From Clostridia bacterium (lineage in GTDB: Bacteria; Bacillota; Clostridia; UMGS1883; UMGS1540), in the NCBI GenBank assembly GCA_045533905.1, contig JAZSIR010000001.1:64001-128000 (forward strand): DNA of 64,000 nucleotides, written 5' to 3'. Both the position numbers and the translations under genes were made by a program. Shown here in pieces: positions 51,662 through 61,992 of the stretch. The stretch's first letter is position 1. Each line of letters opens with the position of its first letter. The notes under the pieces were generated by a model. It searched no databases. It was given only the letters and a program-made list of their open reading frames with translations, and was not told the origin of the DNA.

Positions 51662-51840
51662 TTGCTCCGTCCTTTTGCCTGAGAGATTAGCCCGTAAAGA
51701 GCTTTACACCTTCGGCATCCTTTTGGCTTCTCTAAAGAAGCCGGACTTCTCCGGAGTGCTATCCACGTGCAGTCTCTACTAAAAGCGCCTGAGAGCATTA
51801 CTCCTTCGGCAAGGCTAACGCCTTTCTCCTGCACACTTCA
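51662..51840 (-). ncRNA. tandem glycine riboswitch
   Basis: Two aptamers on the minus strand: GCAGGAGA…CCGAAGGAG…CTCTCAGGC and CCGGAGA…CCGAAGG…CTCTCAGGCAAAAGGACGGAG; upstream of the AGCS gene. Confidence 0.88.
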
Positions 51841-51923
51841 CCTAGCTACAATATTAAATCGCATATTAGTATATACCGTTTTTTATGTTTTGTCAAGCAT
51901 TTTCTTGCAAAAACGGCCAAAAT

Positions 51924-52991
51924 TTATTGAAACACTTCCTGCAGCACCTTTTCAGTTCGTTCACCAAAAAGCGGACCGTTATGTATCTGGTGCGAATCCA
52001 GCTGCCCGTCATACAGATTTGCCTCAATCAAAACCGGTTCTCCGCTTTCCAGAATGGAAACATCCCAGGCTACCATACGGAAATCCGGAACCATAAGGCT
52101 CGCTTTCGTCACAAGCTCCTTTGCCTTATCAAAGGACGGGAGTGCATACCCTTCAAACACAACACCGGAAGTGGGATGCACGGAAACGAATCTTTTCTTT
52201 TCCACACAGGCTTCCTTTTTCAGCCTGCCTTCCTCGTCGATGCCGATGGTCATACCGCCACTGGAGGAATTATCCACCTTCGTTTCCCCAACGCCCATAC
52301 GCAAAATGGCCGAAAGGATGACCGTCTCCTCCTCCGTAAGAAGCGTGATGATACGAATGGTGTTGACGGAAGTGGGGTTGATTTTGCCCAGCACCTCATG
52401 CTGGCGGATGCCTCTCTGAATCGCAATATCTGCCGTGATACCGCGGATAGCATTTTCAAACTGTTCTTCCTTAAAATCGCGGCAGTCCAGATATCGTACG
52501 CCGTGCCCGCCGCCGGAGCCTTCTGCACATTTTACAAAGACCTCTTCTTCCGAAGAAAGCAACTCTACTACCTGTTCCTTACGTATGCGTTCCCCATCCC
52601 GGTACCAGAACCCGTTGATTCTGCTGGCAACCAGCTTGGGCTGCAAAATACCCGGGAACATCTGGGGATAGTAGCACTTATTGTCGAGGACTTTTGCTTT
52701 TCGATAATTGTTGAAATAAGGCTGAACGTCATTGTAATATACTTCATCCGGAATGTACTCCTTATGAAATTCGCCGTATTTCTCGGTATAAAAATTATGA
52801 TACAGCATAGGGACCTTTTTGTAGGGCGCCCAAAAACCTGCGGCTTCCTTTGCCATTTCCTTCGAAAGCACCCACTTTTCTGTCTGCACCGTTTTCAGCT
52901 TCCGTACGAGGCGCCGCATATGTACTTGTCTTATGCAAGAAAAGATGGTTTCATAAGAATTTCTGAAATTCAGTATTGCTTTTGTTTTCAT
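51924..52991 (-). CDS. sugar-transfer-associated ATP-grasp domain protein
   Basis: LDNKCYY, GGGHGV, QHEVL…INPTSVNTIRIIT, DNSSSGG, VAWDV…LIEAN. Confidence 0.85.
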   Translation of the reverse strand: MKTKAILNFRNSYETIFSCIRQVHMRRLVRKLKTVQTEKWVLSKEMAKEAAGFWAPYKKVPMLYHNFYTEKYGEFHKEYIPDEVYYNDVQPYFNNYRKAKVLDNKCYYPQMFPGILQPKLVASRINGFWYRDGERIRKEQVVELLSSEEEVFVKCAEGSGGGHGVRYLDCRDFKEEQFENAIRGITADIAIQRGIRQHEVLGKINPTSVNTIRIITLLTEEETVILSAILRMGVGETKVDNSSSGGMTIGIDEEGRLKKEACVEKKRFVSVHPTSGVVFEGYALPSFDKAKELVTKASLMVPDFRMVAWDVSILESGEPVLIEANLYDGQLDSHQIHNGPLFGERTEKVLQEVFQ

Positions 52992-53075
52992 ATTACCGGG
53001 TCCTCCTTTATTCTGTATTCCATTTATAGTATACACCTAAAAAGTACAGTTTGCAATAGCTAAATGCGTGCCGGA

Positions 53076-53798
53076 TCACAGAGCGATTTCCTTATACTTT
53101 TCGAAATATCTTCTGCCGAGTTCCCGACAGGCTCTGGAATCGAAATGCACGCCGTCCGCTTTCAGAGAAAGCTCCTCCACAGAGACAAGGCCGCATAAGG
53201 GTAGCTCTTTCCGGAGGTTTTCCAGAAGAAGATTCATTTTCCCGATACCGTCGAGCTTCCATTTCGGATCAATTTTATCCGAAATTTTGCCGATGACGAT
53301 CGGGAGGTTTTCGCCGAGTTCTCTTCGGAAACCTGCCATTACTTCGAGAAAATCCTGTCTGTACGCCTCTTCGTCAAAGGCTTGACAATCGCTTTCGCCC
53401 TGGTGCCAGAGGATGCCGCAAAGCTCTGAAGACCGCTCGGCAAACTTCGCCTCGGCGACAGCATGATCAAAAAGCACCTCGCCCGGGCGCCACTCGCAAA
53501 TCCGGCTGCCGCCATCCGCGCACGGGATGAGGCCGATTTCGTTTCCGGTATGTTTTGCAAGTGCATCCGCAAAGCTTGCGGAAAGGCCTATGCCGCTATG
53601 AAATTTCCCTTCAAATATCGCTCTGTCGGGATTTATCGGCTCGCACATCGGCTGCCATCTGCCGTTACGGAGCATAAAACAGGAAGCGTTTCGAATCGGC
53701 TCTACCTCGCCAAACTCACCGCGCCCTGCCATATTTGACTGCCCGACCAGTAAAAACGAGCGTATTTTTTCTTTTTTTGCGATACCGTCACAAATCAT
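53076..53798 (-). CDS. sialate O-acetylesterase / CE6 (DUF303) esterase
   Basis: GQSNMAGRG, PCADGGS, WHQGESD, DGVHF. Confidence 0.9.
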   Translation of the reverse strand: MICDGIAKKEKIRSFLLVGQSNMAGRGEFGEVEPIRNASCFMLRNGRWQPMCEPINPDRAIFEGKFHSGIGLSASFADALAKHTGNEIGLIPCADGGSRICEWRPGEVLFDHAVAEAKFAERSSELCGILWHQGESDCQAFDEEAYRQDFLEVMAGFRRELGENLPIVIGKISDKIDPKWKLDGIGKMNLLLENLRKELPLCGLVSVEELSLKADGVHFDSRACRELGRRYFEKYKEIAL

Positions 53799-53811
53799 TG
53801 TAATTTTCCTT

Positions 53812-54633
53812 TTACAGATACTGTTTTTCGATGTAGTCCACGATATGTTCTTCGTTGGAGCATATCTTCTCATCGGCAATTTTCAAAAGCGCCTCGCAAC
53901 CGTTCGAAACGGCAAGGCCAAGACCTGCGGCACTTATGAGACTGCTGTCATTATCGCTGTCACCTACGCCGATTGTTGCCTCTCGCGGCACGCCGAGCAT
54001 ATCCGCAAGACTGTAAAGCGCATTCCCCTTGCCTGCCTCTATGTTCATAATTTCAAGATTGTATTCGCTGACTTCCACAGCCTTCATCGTACCCGTTTGT
54101 TCGATACGCTCCCGACAACGAATTTTATCCTCGTACTTCCGGAAGAATATGGAGAAAACCTCTACATCCTCTACCTTCTGCAGATGAGAATCAAACTCCG
54201 AAAGTAACACGGCAAAGTCACGAATGACCACCTGATGCGCTTCAATCACGTTATACTTCTCAAAGGATTCTTCATTCTGGTACCTTGCATCCACGAAGCA
54301 CTCTCCGCCCTTTCGGTACGTGATATGCACATCGTACGAGGTGAAAATATCAATCGCCGTTCGCGCATCCTTTCCCGATATGCATTTCTGTATGCGGTGA
54401 CCCGTTTCTCTGTCGTACACCACCGCCCCGTTTGAATGAATCACATAGCGGCAAGAAGGAATCGCCAGGATATTCTTCGGAATCTCGGAGTAGGTACGCC
54501 CCGTGCACGGCACAAAGACAACGCCCTTCTGCAAGACGCGGTCGATGGCCGCAAGATTTTCCGCGCTTACCTCGGCGTTATTATTTAGAAGTGTGCCGTC
54601 AAGATCGCTTGCAATAATTTTATAGTTTTCCAT
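53812..54633 (-). CDS. Cof-type HAD-IIB hydrolase
   Basis: ASDLDGTLL, CTGR, SNGA, KGNAL, GDSDND. Confidence 0.93.
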   Translation of the reverse strand: MENYKIIASDLDGTLLNNNAEVSAENLAAIDRVLQKGVVFVPCTGRTYSEIPKNILAIPSCRYVIHSNGAVVYDRETGHRIQKCISGKDARTAIDIFTSYDVHITYRKGGECFVDARYQNEESFEKYNVIEAHQVVIRDFAVLLSEFDSHLQKVEDVEVFSIFFRKYEDKIRCRERIEQTGTMKAVEVSEYNLEIMNIEAGKGNALYSLADMLGVPREATIGVGDSDNDSSLISAAGLGLAVSNGCEALLKIADEKICSNEEHIVDYIEKQYL

Positions 54634-54670
54634 TTCGTCCATTCCCCTCTGTCTATTTTACCTCTTCCCT

Positions 54671-55564
54671 CTACCGGGCAGAAAACTGAATCGGATATGT
54701 GCGTAAAATTTCTTCTGCTGTCCAGAGATTAGCCTTATGTGTGTAGTGCACGTGGTCCTCTATAAAAATACCATTCCCGCTCACGTCTTGCCGATAAAGC
54801 GGGCAATTTTTAATATCGAAAAGGGATATATTTTCATACTCTGCGGCGAGCTTTTCAAAGATGCCGTTTATGTACCGCACCTTCCGGAGCATTTCACCGC
54901 TCGGATCGCGTTCCATACACCGTTCCTCCGAAGCACGAAGGTGCAAAATTACCGGCGCAATGCGGCCGATGCTTTTTGTAAAGCCTTCAAAAAGCGCTTT
55001 GTGTATATGCTCCCCCGTTTTCTCCAGCACTTCCCACGAGGCCAGCGCATCATTTTCACTGCCGCGCCAGTGGATACCCATCACTTCAAATGGCTTGCCC
55101 ATCTCCGCAAAGCTCTTTTCGAGAAGAGAAAGAATATGGTTTGTAAACGGCGTAAGCGCTATATCCACGATTCCCTGCACGCCCGGTACAAGCTTTCTTT
55201 CGTAAGCCGGATGCCACATATACCCTTCCGTTACCCCTTGCGCGCCGATGGCGATATGCACGATATATAAATCGGGCAAATTCCGGGGGTTGCCGGCATC
55301 AATTTCATCCTGCCATATGCGGGCAAGGCAATTGGCCACGGAATACGTATGGTCCTGCGCTTCGCCGAGATTCATCCCACCGCTCGTGTATCCGCTGAAG
55401 GAAAGCCGGGAAACATCGAAAGACTGGTTTTCTTTGCGGCAGAGGCCGAAAACATTCGTAAGCGGCTCTGTGATTTTATCCGCCTCGCGCATAGGAAGCG
55501 CGTGCCCCACGGCATTAGACTGGCCGAGTAATATAAACACAGCTGCTTTTTCGGTTTTGTGCAT
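54671..55564 (-). CDS. divergent SASA/CE6-like SGNH esterase
   Basis: GQSNAVG, HWRGSEND, DHVHY. Confidence 0.65.
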   Translation of the reverse strand: MHKTEKAAVFILLGQSNAVGHALPMREADKITEPLTNVFGLCRKENQSFDVSRLSFSGYTSGGMNLGEAQDHTYSVANCLARIWQDEIDAGNPRNLPDLYIVHIAIGAQGVTEGYMWHPAYERKLVPGVQGIVDIALTPFTNHILSLLEKSFAEMGKPFEVMGIHWRGSENDALASWEVLEKTGEHIHKALFEGFTKSIGRIAPVILHLRASEERCMERDPSGEMLRKVRYINGIFEKLAAEYENISLFDIKNCPLYRQDVSGNGIFIEDHVHYTHKANLWTAEEILRTYPIQFSAR

Positions 55565-55582
55565 ACTGGTTCCCCCTTCGTC

Positions 55583-57181
55583 TTACCCTTTATAAATCAC
55601 ATAGGTTGCCGGCGGAATCAGCGCTCCGCCATTGCCTTTTGTAAAATCAATTCCCTGTATGACAACTCTGTCCGCAAAAACATCCACCAATAAGCCTTGC
55701 GAAGCGGCATACTCCCGATAAAAAGTTCCTCCCCGATTCTCCTTGCGAATGTATGCGCAGGAGGGGCAATGCACCATCGTCATCGAAATTCCGGTCTGGT
55801 AGAGGTTTGGGTGTATGTACGGGGTGATGCCGTCCGGCCGCACGCCGCCTTCACGCCACAGATCATAATGCGAATGGCCGGTAAACCATATAACATTCGG
55901 GTACCTGCTTATAAGGTCTCGCATAAGAGGCATCTTATAAGCGCCGGACGTTTGAGACATCCCGTCCCCATCCACATCGTAGGTTCCGCCAAGTGGCAGA
56001 TGAAAAAATAAAAATACACGTTTTTCCTTATTTTCCTCCAGCTTTTCCGTAAGCCATGCAAGATCGGATCCCCGAAACAACTGTGCATAATGCCAGTAGT
56101 ACATAGGGACAAACAAAAACACATCGTCGCCTTCCGTGAAACTGAAACGAAGCGGCGCACCCACAATTTCTTCCCACACCGCTTCGGCGGTTTTGGTGCC
56201 GTCTCCATAGGCGTTCACGATCTGCCCCATCCCATTTTCGGCGTGAGAGTAGCCGAAAATATTGGCATCGTGGTTGCCGGTTGTAGCATACACAGGTACG
56301 CCCGGCAGGTAGGTATCCGTATAGTCCTTAAAAATCTGAAGCTCGGAAAGCCATTCCCCCGGCGCATTCCCCTCTACGGCCGTCTCACGTGTCCAACTGC
56401 TTGCAACGATATCGCCGTTTATGCAGGCAAAATCCACATCGCGGTTTTTATAAAATGTGAGTGCTCTCTCATAATCGCGCAGTGAATCAGCAACATCTTT
56501 CTTTTTTTCTGCATTTTCACCAAATGCGGTATCCTTCAGGTGGATATCCGATAAAACGCCAAACCGGTAAAGCCGCTTTTCCCAGACGGCGTAAAGTGTT
56601 ATATCGGCATTCTCCCGATATATCGCGCCCGCCGCATATTGTGCCTCGCCTGTCGGGGAATTGGACCACCCCTTCAGAATACAGCCTTCCTTGGCAGAGG
56701 ATGCAGCTTCCATCATAGCAGGGATTTCGCCATACTTTTTCTGGCTTTGCAGCTCGGTGTCTACATCCAACATATAGGTGATGCGGTATGTTTCCACAAG
56801 AGGCAGACTGCAGACCTCTGCAAGCGGCATCATCCCCGATGCCCCTGACCAGATGAACACCTTTGCCAAGGTGTTCTCCGCATCTGTTCGCGGCGTGACC
56901 GCGATTTCCGTCTCCCCACGGTATATGCGCCGTTGCGCTTCCGTCAGCATCGTACCGGAATACAAAGAAAGAATAATGCTGCTGCCGACCGGCACATTCT
57001 GCGGCACCAGTATAAATTGTTCTCCGTTCTTTTCCGTCCCGGTATATACGCTGCACTTCGCCACTTCTCCCCTGTTTGCGGAGCCGCCGGCAAGTGCCTC
57101 ACCGGCAACGCCCCAAAAAAGCAGTGCAGCCAGTATAACAGATAGTAAAGTCGCTAAAAATAATTTCCCTTTATGTCTCAC
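55583..57181 (-). CDS. secreted calcineurin-like metallophosphoesterase with an InlB B-repeat-like module
   Basis: Signal peptide; GW…ITLYAVWE repeat; LSDIH, NGD, GNHD, FFH, GHSH. Confidence 0.82.
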   Translation of the reverse strand: MRHKGKLFLATLLSVILAALLFWGVAGEALAGGSANRGEVAKCSVYTGTEKNGEQFILVPQNVPVGSSIILSLYSGTMLTEAQRRIYRGETEIAVTPRTDAENTLAKVFIWSGASGMMPLAEVCSLPLVETYRITYMLDVDTELQSQKKYGEIPAMMEAASSAKEGCILKGWSNSPTGEAQYAAGAIYRENADITLYAVWEKRLYRFGVLSDIHLKDTAFGENAEKKKDVADSLRDYERALTFYKNRDVDFACINGDIVASSWTRETAVEGNAPGEWLSELQIFKDYTDTYLPGVPVYATTGNHDANIFGYSHAENGMGQIVNAYGDGTKTAEAVWEEIVGAPLRFSFTEGDDVFLFVPMYYWHYAQLFRGSDLAWLTEKLEENKEKRVFLFFHLPLGGTYDVDGDGMSQTSGAYKMPLMRDLISRYPNVIWFTGHSHYDLWREGGVRPDGITPYIHPNLYQTGISMTMVHCPSCAYIRKENRGGTFYREYAASQGLLVDVFADRVVIQGIDFTKGNGGALIPPATYVIYKG

Positions 57182-57350
57182 TTTCTCTCCTTATCGGCTG
57201 CTTCGCCGATATAACCACCGATAATATCGCATCGTCTTTCCGCCATAGACAAGTTCATCTTTTCAAAATCAGTTTCTCTTTCTCCTCTGCCACTTCTTTG
57301 CCAAAGACGGGTAGGCGCCGAAAACAAAAACACGCACACACAACAGCGAT

Positions 57351-59252
57351 TCATTCAAATTTGACTTCTACAATAGCCGCACCCATAAGCGGCACCAAAA
57401 GCGTGAACGCATCCTCCGTTATACCAACCTCGTACCCCTTTACCTTGGTAATATCCGTTACAGACTTGATTTTTCTGCCCGTATGAATTTTGGGGCGCGT
57501 ATAATAATATTCATCGTTTGTGATGATAAAGCGCGAGGTTTTTTCGCCCGTGACAATTTCCTGCACGCGGCACTCCTCTTTCCCGTCGGAAAGGTAACAA
57601 AGGCCGTCATTTATCTCCTGCACACACTGTGCAAGCCTTTCCTCGCTCGGATCGCTGTAATACAGAGGATGCGGGAAGCCGATGCCGACGGGATTTAGTT
57701 CTTCTGAATAGTCTTTTTTATCCGTTTCGGCAGAAAGATATATTACGTTTCCGTTTTTATAGCTTTGTATCTTTTCCATCTCGTTCCGCGGCAAAAGGTG
57801 CGGATTTGTCACGAGTATATCCCCTTTTACGAAGCCCAGATTCTCTACGTGTGCTGTCTTGAAAACGGCCGCACCTCTTCGCAGAAGCAGTGTTAAAAGT
57901 CTATGGGTGGAAGGCGTTCTGTGTGCAATCAGCGCCTCGATTTCGTTTTGGTTCCTTACATCCGACCATATAACGGTTGCACCGGGAACACTTTGCACTT
58001 TCTCCACATAGGCATTATCAGCGCAAAGGCGCAGATATCTCCAATCCTCCTCACTAAGCCCGTCGCCAAGGCAGAAGGTATTGCCGGAAATGACGGGAAT
58101 CAGCCCTTCCGGCCGCCAGATAAAGCTCGAAAAAATGGCCGCGCTGTGTTTCGGCAGTGCTGTGGGCAGATGATGCACGACATCGTACTGCTCTTTTGTA
58201 TCTCTGACCGGATAGAGCGGCACCAGCTTTATATTCTGCATACAAACGCCGGTCAGCATCAGGGATGCACGAAAGGCATGATGGATTGTTTTTCGCTCCT
58301 CATAGCTTTGTGCATAGCCGGCATTTGCAGGCGTATCAATAATACAGAGCGTAGGCGCGCCGTTTTCGGCAACACATAAATCTATAGGCAAAGAGGAAAG
58401 CATTTTATATGAAATGCCATAGCGGTACGCAGCTTCCATCGGGTCCTTCGTCCATGTGCTGTTGATAGCAACCTTGAAGCCTGCATCGTGGATGCCGCAT
58501 ATAACCTTTTCCATATATTTGCCCCAACGCTTGGTGCAAAAAGAAATCCATTCACGCCTTTTATTTTTGGCGATATAGAGGGCGCGGTCTTCCCCGTCGG
58601 GAATTGTGATGCCGGCCTGCGAAAGCATATCGTCCGACATATCTGCCCACTGAAGCGGCAGCCGCGGTCGGCAAATCCCGTCCGCAAGATGTATGCCGTC
58701 AAACCCGTAATCCCCCAGAAATTTTACGGAAGCCTGCAGAAAGAAGTCTTCATAAAAAGTGCCGTCCGCAAAGCGTTTTGTCATATATACGCCTCTTTGC
58801 GGATATGCCTTTCCGTGGAGGCACATCGTTGCCCGTATCTCATCGTGATCGAACTCGCCTTTGGGGCTCATATATTCAAACATACTGATGTAGCTTTCCA
58901 CGCCGTAGGTATGAAACGCCCTCACAAGGTTTTGCAGCTGCCAGTTTGTCCAGCGTTGCCGTGCACGCTCGTCACTATACGGTCGTGCCGCATACGAACA
59001 AAAATACTCGTCAAGTGCATATTCCGTGTCCATCCCGCGGTGCGTGTTTATAATATCAATACTGGTAACCAAAAGAAAAACGCCTGCCGGAATAAAGCCG
59101 GTTTTTTGTAAAAAATCTTCCACGCCGCAGTCCGGTTTTTCCGCATCAAAACCTATAAGTTCTATCCAGACATAGTTGCCGAAGCCTTGCGGCATATGAT
59201 TCCAGAAAGTGCCTTCCTTGCCGTACATTCCGCCGGTATTATTGAGCATCAT
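57351..59252 (-). CDS. hypothetical 633-aa protein (possible TIM-barrel glycosidase-like)
   Basis: Long ORF with a GAGG RBS; GFDGIHLADG motif; no family recognised. Confidence 0.65.
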   Translation of the reverse strand: MMLNNTGGMYGKEGTFWNHMPQGFGNYVWIELIGFDAEKPDCGVEDFLQKTGFIPAGVFLLVTSIDIINTHRGMDTEYALDEYFCSYAARPYSDERARQRWTNWQLQNLVRAFHTYGVESYISMFEYMSPKGEFDHDEIRATMCLHGKAYPQRGVYMTKRFADGTFYEDFFLQASVKFLGDYGFDGIHLADGICRPRLPLQWADMSDDMLSQAGITIPDGEDRALYIAKNKRREWISFCTKRWGKYMEKVICGIHDAGFKVAINSTWTKDPMEAAYRYGISYKMLSSLPIDLCVAENGAPTLCIIDTPANAGYAQSYEERKTIHHAFRASLMLTGVCMQNIKLVPLYPVRDTKEQYDVVHHLPTALPKHSAAIFSSFIWRPEGLIPVISGNTFCLGDGLSEEDWRYLRLCADNAYVEKVQSVPGATVIWSDVRNQNEIEALIAHRTPSTHRLLTLLLRRGAAVFKTAHVENLGFVKGDILVTNPHLLPRNEMEKIQSYKNGNVIYLSAETDKKDYSEELNPVGIGFPHPLYYSDPSEERLAQCVQEINDGLCYLSDGKEECRVQEIVTGEKTSRFIITNDEYYYTRPKIHTGRKIKSVTDITKVKGYEVGITEDAFTLLVPLMGAAIVEVKFE

Positions 59253-59276
59253 AGTTGAAACCTCGCTTCTTTTTCT

Positions 59277-59786
59277 CTATAAGTCAATATGGTATTCCCC
59301 ATCTATCAGAGCATAGTTTACTTTATGTTTTTTCGCAAGCTCCAGCACGCGGGCGTTGTCCTTGAGCGTCTCGGCCATTGTATACGCCGTATCCGCAAGG
59401 CGGTTTTCGATTACATTTGCATATTTCCCGATATCGTCAAAATGTTTTTTTATGTAGCTTTCACTCATAACGAGGCAAGAGTATTGTATGTGCGGAAGAT
59501 AGTCTTCCGCAAAATCCTTTTTCCAGTCAAACGGAATATAGCAGCCTTCCACAATAAGATTCTGCGCATTCTCAATGGCCGTTTTTATCATTTCCCGCAC
59601 AATGGGCCATAAAAATTCCGTAAGTGCGGCATCGTCACTTTCCGGTGTAAGCTGTGTGTGTCCGCTCCGGATAAGTCCCATTTTCAGATGGTCTATGGAA
59701 AGATACGGATAGTTATATTTTTCTAAAAGCTTCTGCGCGAGCGCCGTTTTCCCGGTATGGGAGGCGCCTGCGATTAGAATAATCAT
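59277..59786 (-). CDS. P-loop nucleotide-kinase-like protein
   Basis: Walker A GASHTGKT, SIDHLKMG, LIVEG. Confidence 0.85.
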   Translation of the reverse strand: MIILIAGASHTGKTALAQKLLEKYNYPYLSIDHLKMGLIRSGHTQLTPESDDAALTEFLWPIVREMIKTAIENAQNLIVEGCYIPFDWKKDFAEDYLPHIQYSCLVMSESYIKKHFDDIGKYANVIENRLADTAYTMAETLKDNARVLELAKKHKVNYALIDGEYHIDL

Positions 59787-59823
59787 CTCTTTCTCCTTAC
59801 GTGGTCACCTACCGCCGATAGCC

Positions 59824-60864
59824 TTAAATCAAGCCCGAGAGAACCTCTGACACCGCTTTTGCCATAGAGGCAAAACCAAAGTCTGTGGGATGAATGTTAT
59901 CCACTGTGCCCTCTTCCTTGCAAAGCGCCGTAAGCGCTGCGCCATCGATAAAATATACATTCTTATCGCCCCGTGCCATCGCATTTTGGTACGTTTTTTC
60001 AACGATGCTACGGCGTACCTTATCCTCTTGTGCCAAGAGATGTTTCGGTCTGGGCATCATAATAACGGGCAAAAGCGGCTGCGCCTTGCGGAGGGCCAAA
60101 AACATTTTTTCGTGCGTAGCGGCCAGATGCTCGACCGAGGGAGCATTATGGTCATAGTCGTACACAAACACGGACATATTGAGATTTTTAATATAGTCTA
60201 TCATCTCGTCCTCAGCCTTTGCGCTGCCGGAAAACCCAAGATTTATGTAATCGCACGAAAGCATTCTCGAAACAATCGCCTGGTAGCTCATGCCGGGTCT
60301 TGACGCGCATCCGCCCTGGGTGATGGATGAGCCGTAATACACGATGGGCTTTTCATTTTTATACGGTGTGGCTTTTTCCAAGGTGGCATCTTCCTGAAGA
60401 CCTATGTAAAGCTCTTTCACATCGGAATAAAGGGGAAAATTGATAGTTACCTCCTTTTTCCACTCCCTGCCAAAGTTGAAAATACCTTCATAGTCATCTT
60501 GCAACGAGGACGGCGGCACATAGGTGAACATGTACGTTTTGCCGTCATACACATCAAACCCCGCGGAGCCTGAAAGCGGCATGTGGGGCATTTTGCACAC
60601 CCCGTCCATTTTTGCACGGATGGCAAGGAAGGGACTATCCGTCCGGAATCTGACTCGTCCCCCTGCTGTATTTGTGTGCAGTGCATACACACCCTCGCTC
60701 ACTTTTCGGGCTACCTCTGCGGGCATTCGTCTGTATTTTCCGTTTTCCTTGAAAATGCCGTGAATTGCAATCGGCGCCTCGTCTATTCTATAAAAACGAA
60801 TATCTTTTTTATGAAGCTTTTTTTCAACCGTAAAATTGCTATCTACCTTTGCGATTTCAGACAT
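59824..60864 (-). CDS. SGNH/GDSL hydrolase with an N-terminal GxDLY-like domain
   Basis: GFDVY, NFPLY, YGSSITQG, NLGFSG, DYDHN, DNIHP. Confidence 0.88.
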   Translation of the reverse strand: MSEIAKVDSNFTVEKKLHKKDIRFYRIDEAPIAIHGIFKENGKYRRMPAEVARKVSEGVYALHTNTAGGRVRFRTDSPFLAIRAKMDGVCKMPHMPLSGSAGFDVYDGKTYMFTYVPPSSLQDDYEGIFNFGREWKKEVTINFPLYSDVKELYIGLQEDATLEKATPYKNEKPIVYYGSSITQGGCASRPGMSYQAIVSRMLSCDYINLGFSGSAKAEDEMIDYIKNLNMSVFVYDYDHNAPSVEHLAATHEKMFLALRKAQPLLPVIMMPRPKHLLAQEDKVRRSIVEKTYQNAMARGDKNVYFIDGAALTALCKEEGTVDNIHPTDFGFASMAKAVSEVLSGLI

Positions 60865-61108
60865 ATCTCTTTTCCCCTTTTTAAAACTGTTTCCGGCCTT
60901 TCATCTGACTTCAAAGCCATGCTCTATAAAAAGCGGTAATTGTCCGCGAGCTCTTCCATAACCTCTTTTCGTTTCTGCTCGCCTGTTTCATATGTATCCA
61001 GTGCCAAGACTACACAAAAGCGCACACCGCCGCATAAAAGTAGGCATTTTTCCTTTCCTCTTTCTCTTACTCTGCAGAATTTTGCCCTGTCATGCCCCTG
61101 TTTCGGCT

Positions 61109-61950
61109 TTACTGCCGTTCCTGTTCGAGTATGGTATGTAACTTTTTCGCCAAGTGCGCAAACCCCTCGTCATTTGGATGCAGGCCGTAATCTGCAAAGA
61201 ATTTTACATCATGGGGAATTAGGTCAGAGCCGGAAATGAAAGTAATATTCGGGATAGTCTCTACCACTTCGCGTATGTCCTTCTCCACATCTTCAAAAGC
61301 GCCAAAGGCTCTTTTTTCATCCTTGTCGCTTCGCCACAGCGGAGAGATGGCGAAGATTTTCGACTCTGTATACTTCTTCGCCAAAAGGGAGAAAAAGCTT
61401 TCGCAAAGCGTTGCCACGTAGCGCTTTGCGGGGTGCAAAGCATCAAATCCCTGCGTTATGGAATCACCAAACGCCATGAGCTTCTTTTTGGGGCGCACAG
61501 CTTCGACAAACGCACCGTCATCCAGCGAAATTTCTTCTATCCATGTTTTGACCGACCACGGAAGGTGCACCACTACATGCCTTATGCCGTCTGAAAGCGT
61601 AAAACACTTTGCAAATTCGCCGTTTTCACATAGTCACGCGGCATTTCCATATGCGAGAAATTGTCAAGACTTCCTAAAAGCGTGTCATCTACCACAACGT
61701 CCACGGCAAAATACTGCCGAAGGGCAGGAATGCTCTCGGTCTTAATTTTCAGTTTCAGGGTTTTGCTGTCTGTTCTAAAGAAAAATTTCACGCCTGCGGG
61801 GCAAAGCGCCTTTTGGTACAGTCCCTCGTTTATAGCCCTATACATTTCTTCCTCCGCGGCGGTACATCTTCGAAAAGACAGTCCCGAAGCCTCTTCTATG
61901 CGTACTGCACCGAGGGTGATTTCCTTTATTTTTTCGTAATGGAGTTTCAT
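61109..61950 (-). pseudogene. SGNH hydrolase pseudogene (frameshift plus internal deletion)
   Basis: The two ORFs 61582-61950 and 61109-61573 join across a frameshift; FGDSITQG and GLHPN are retained but the central G and GxND blocks are missing. Confidence 0.7.
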
Positions 61951-61992
61951 AGTTCTACTTCCTATGCTCTTTTGCGGCAACTTATGCGTTAG

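Noticed and set aside
60870-61050. Possible gene remnant between the SGNH genes
   Set aside because: Too short and frameshifted to assign.
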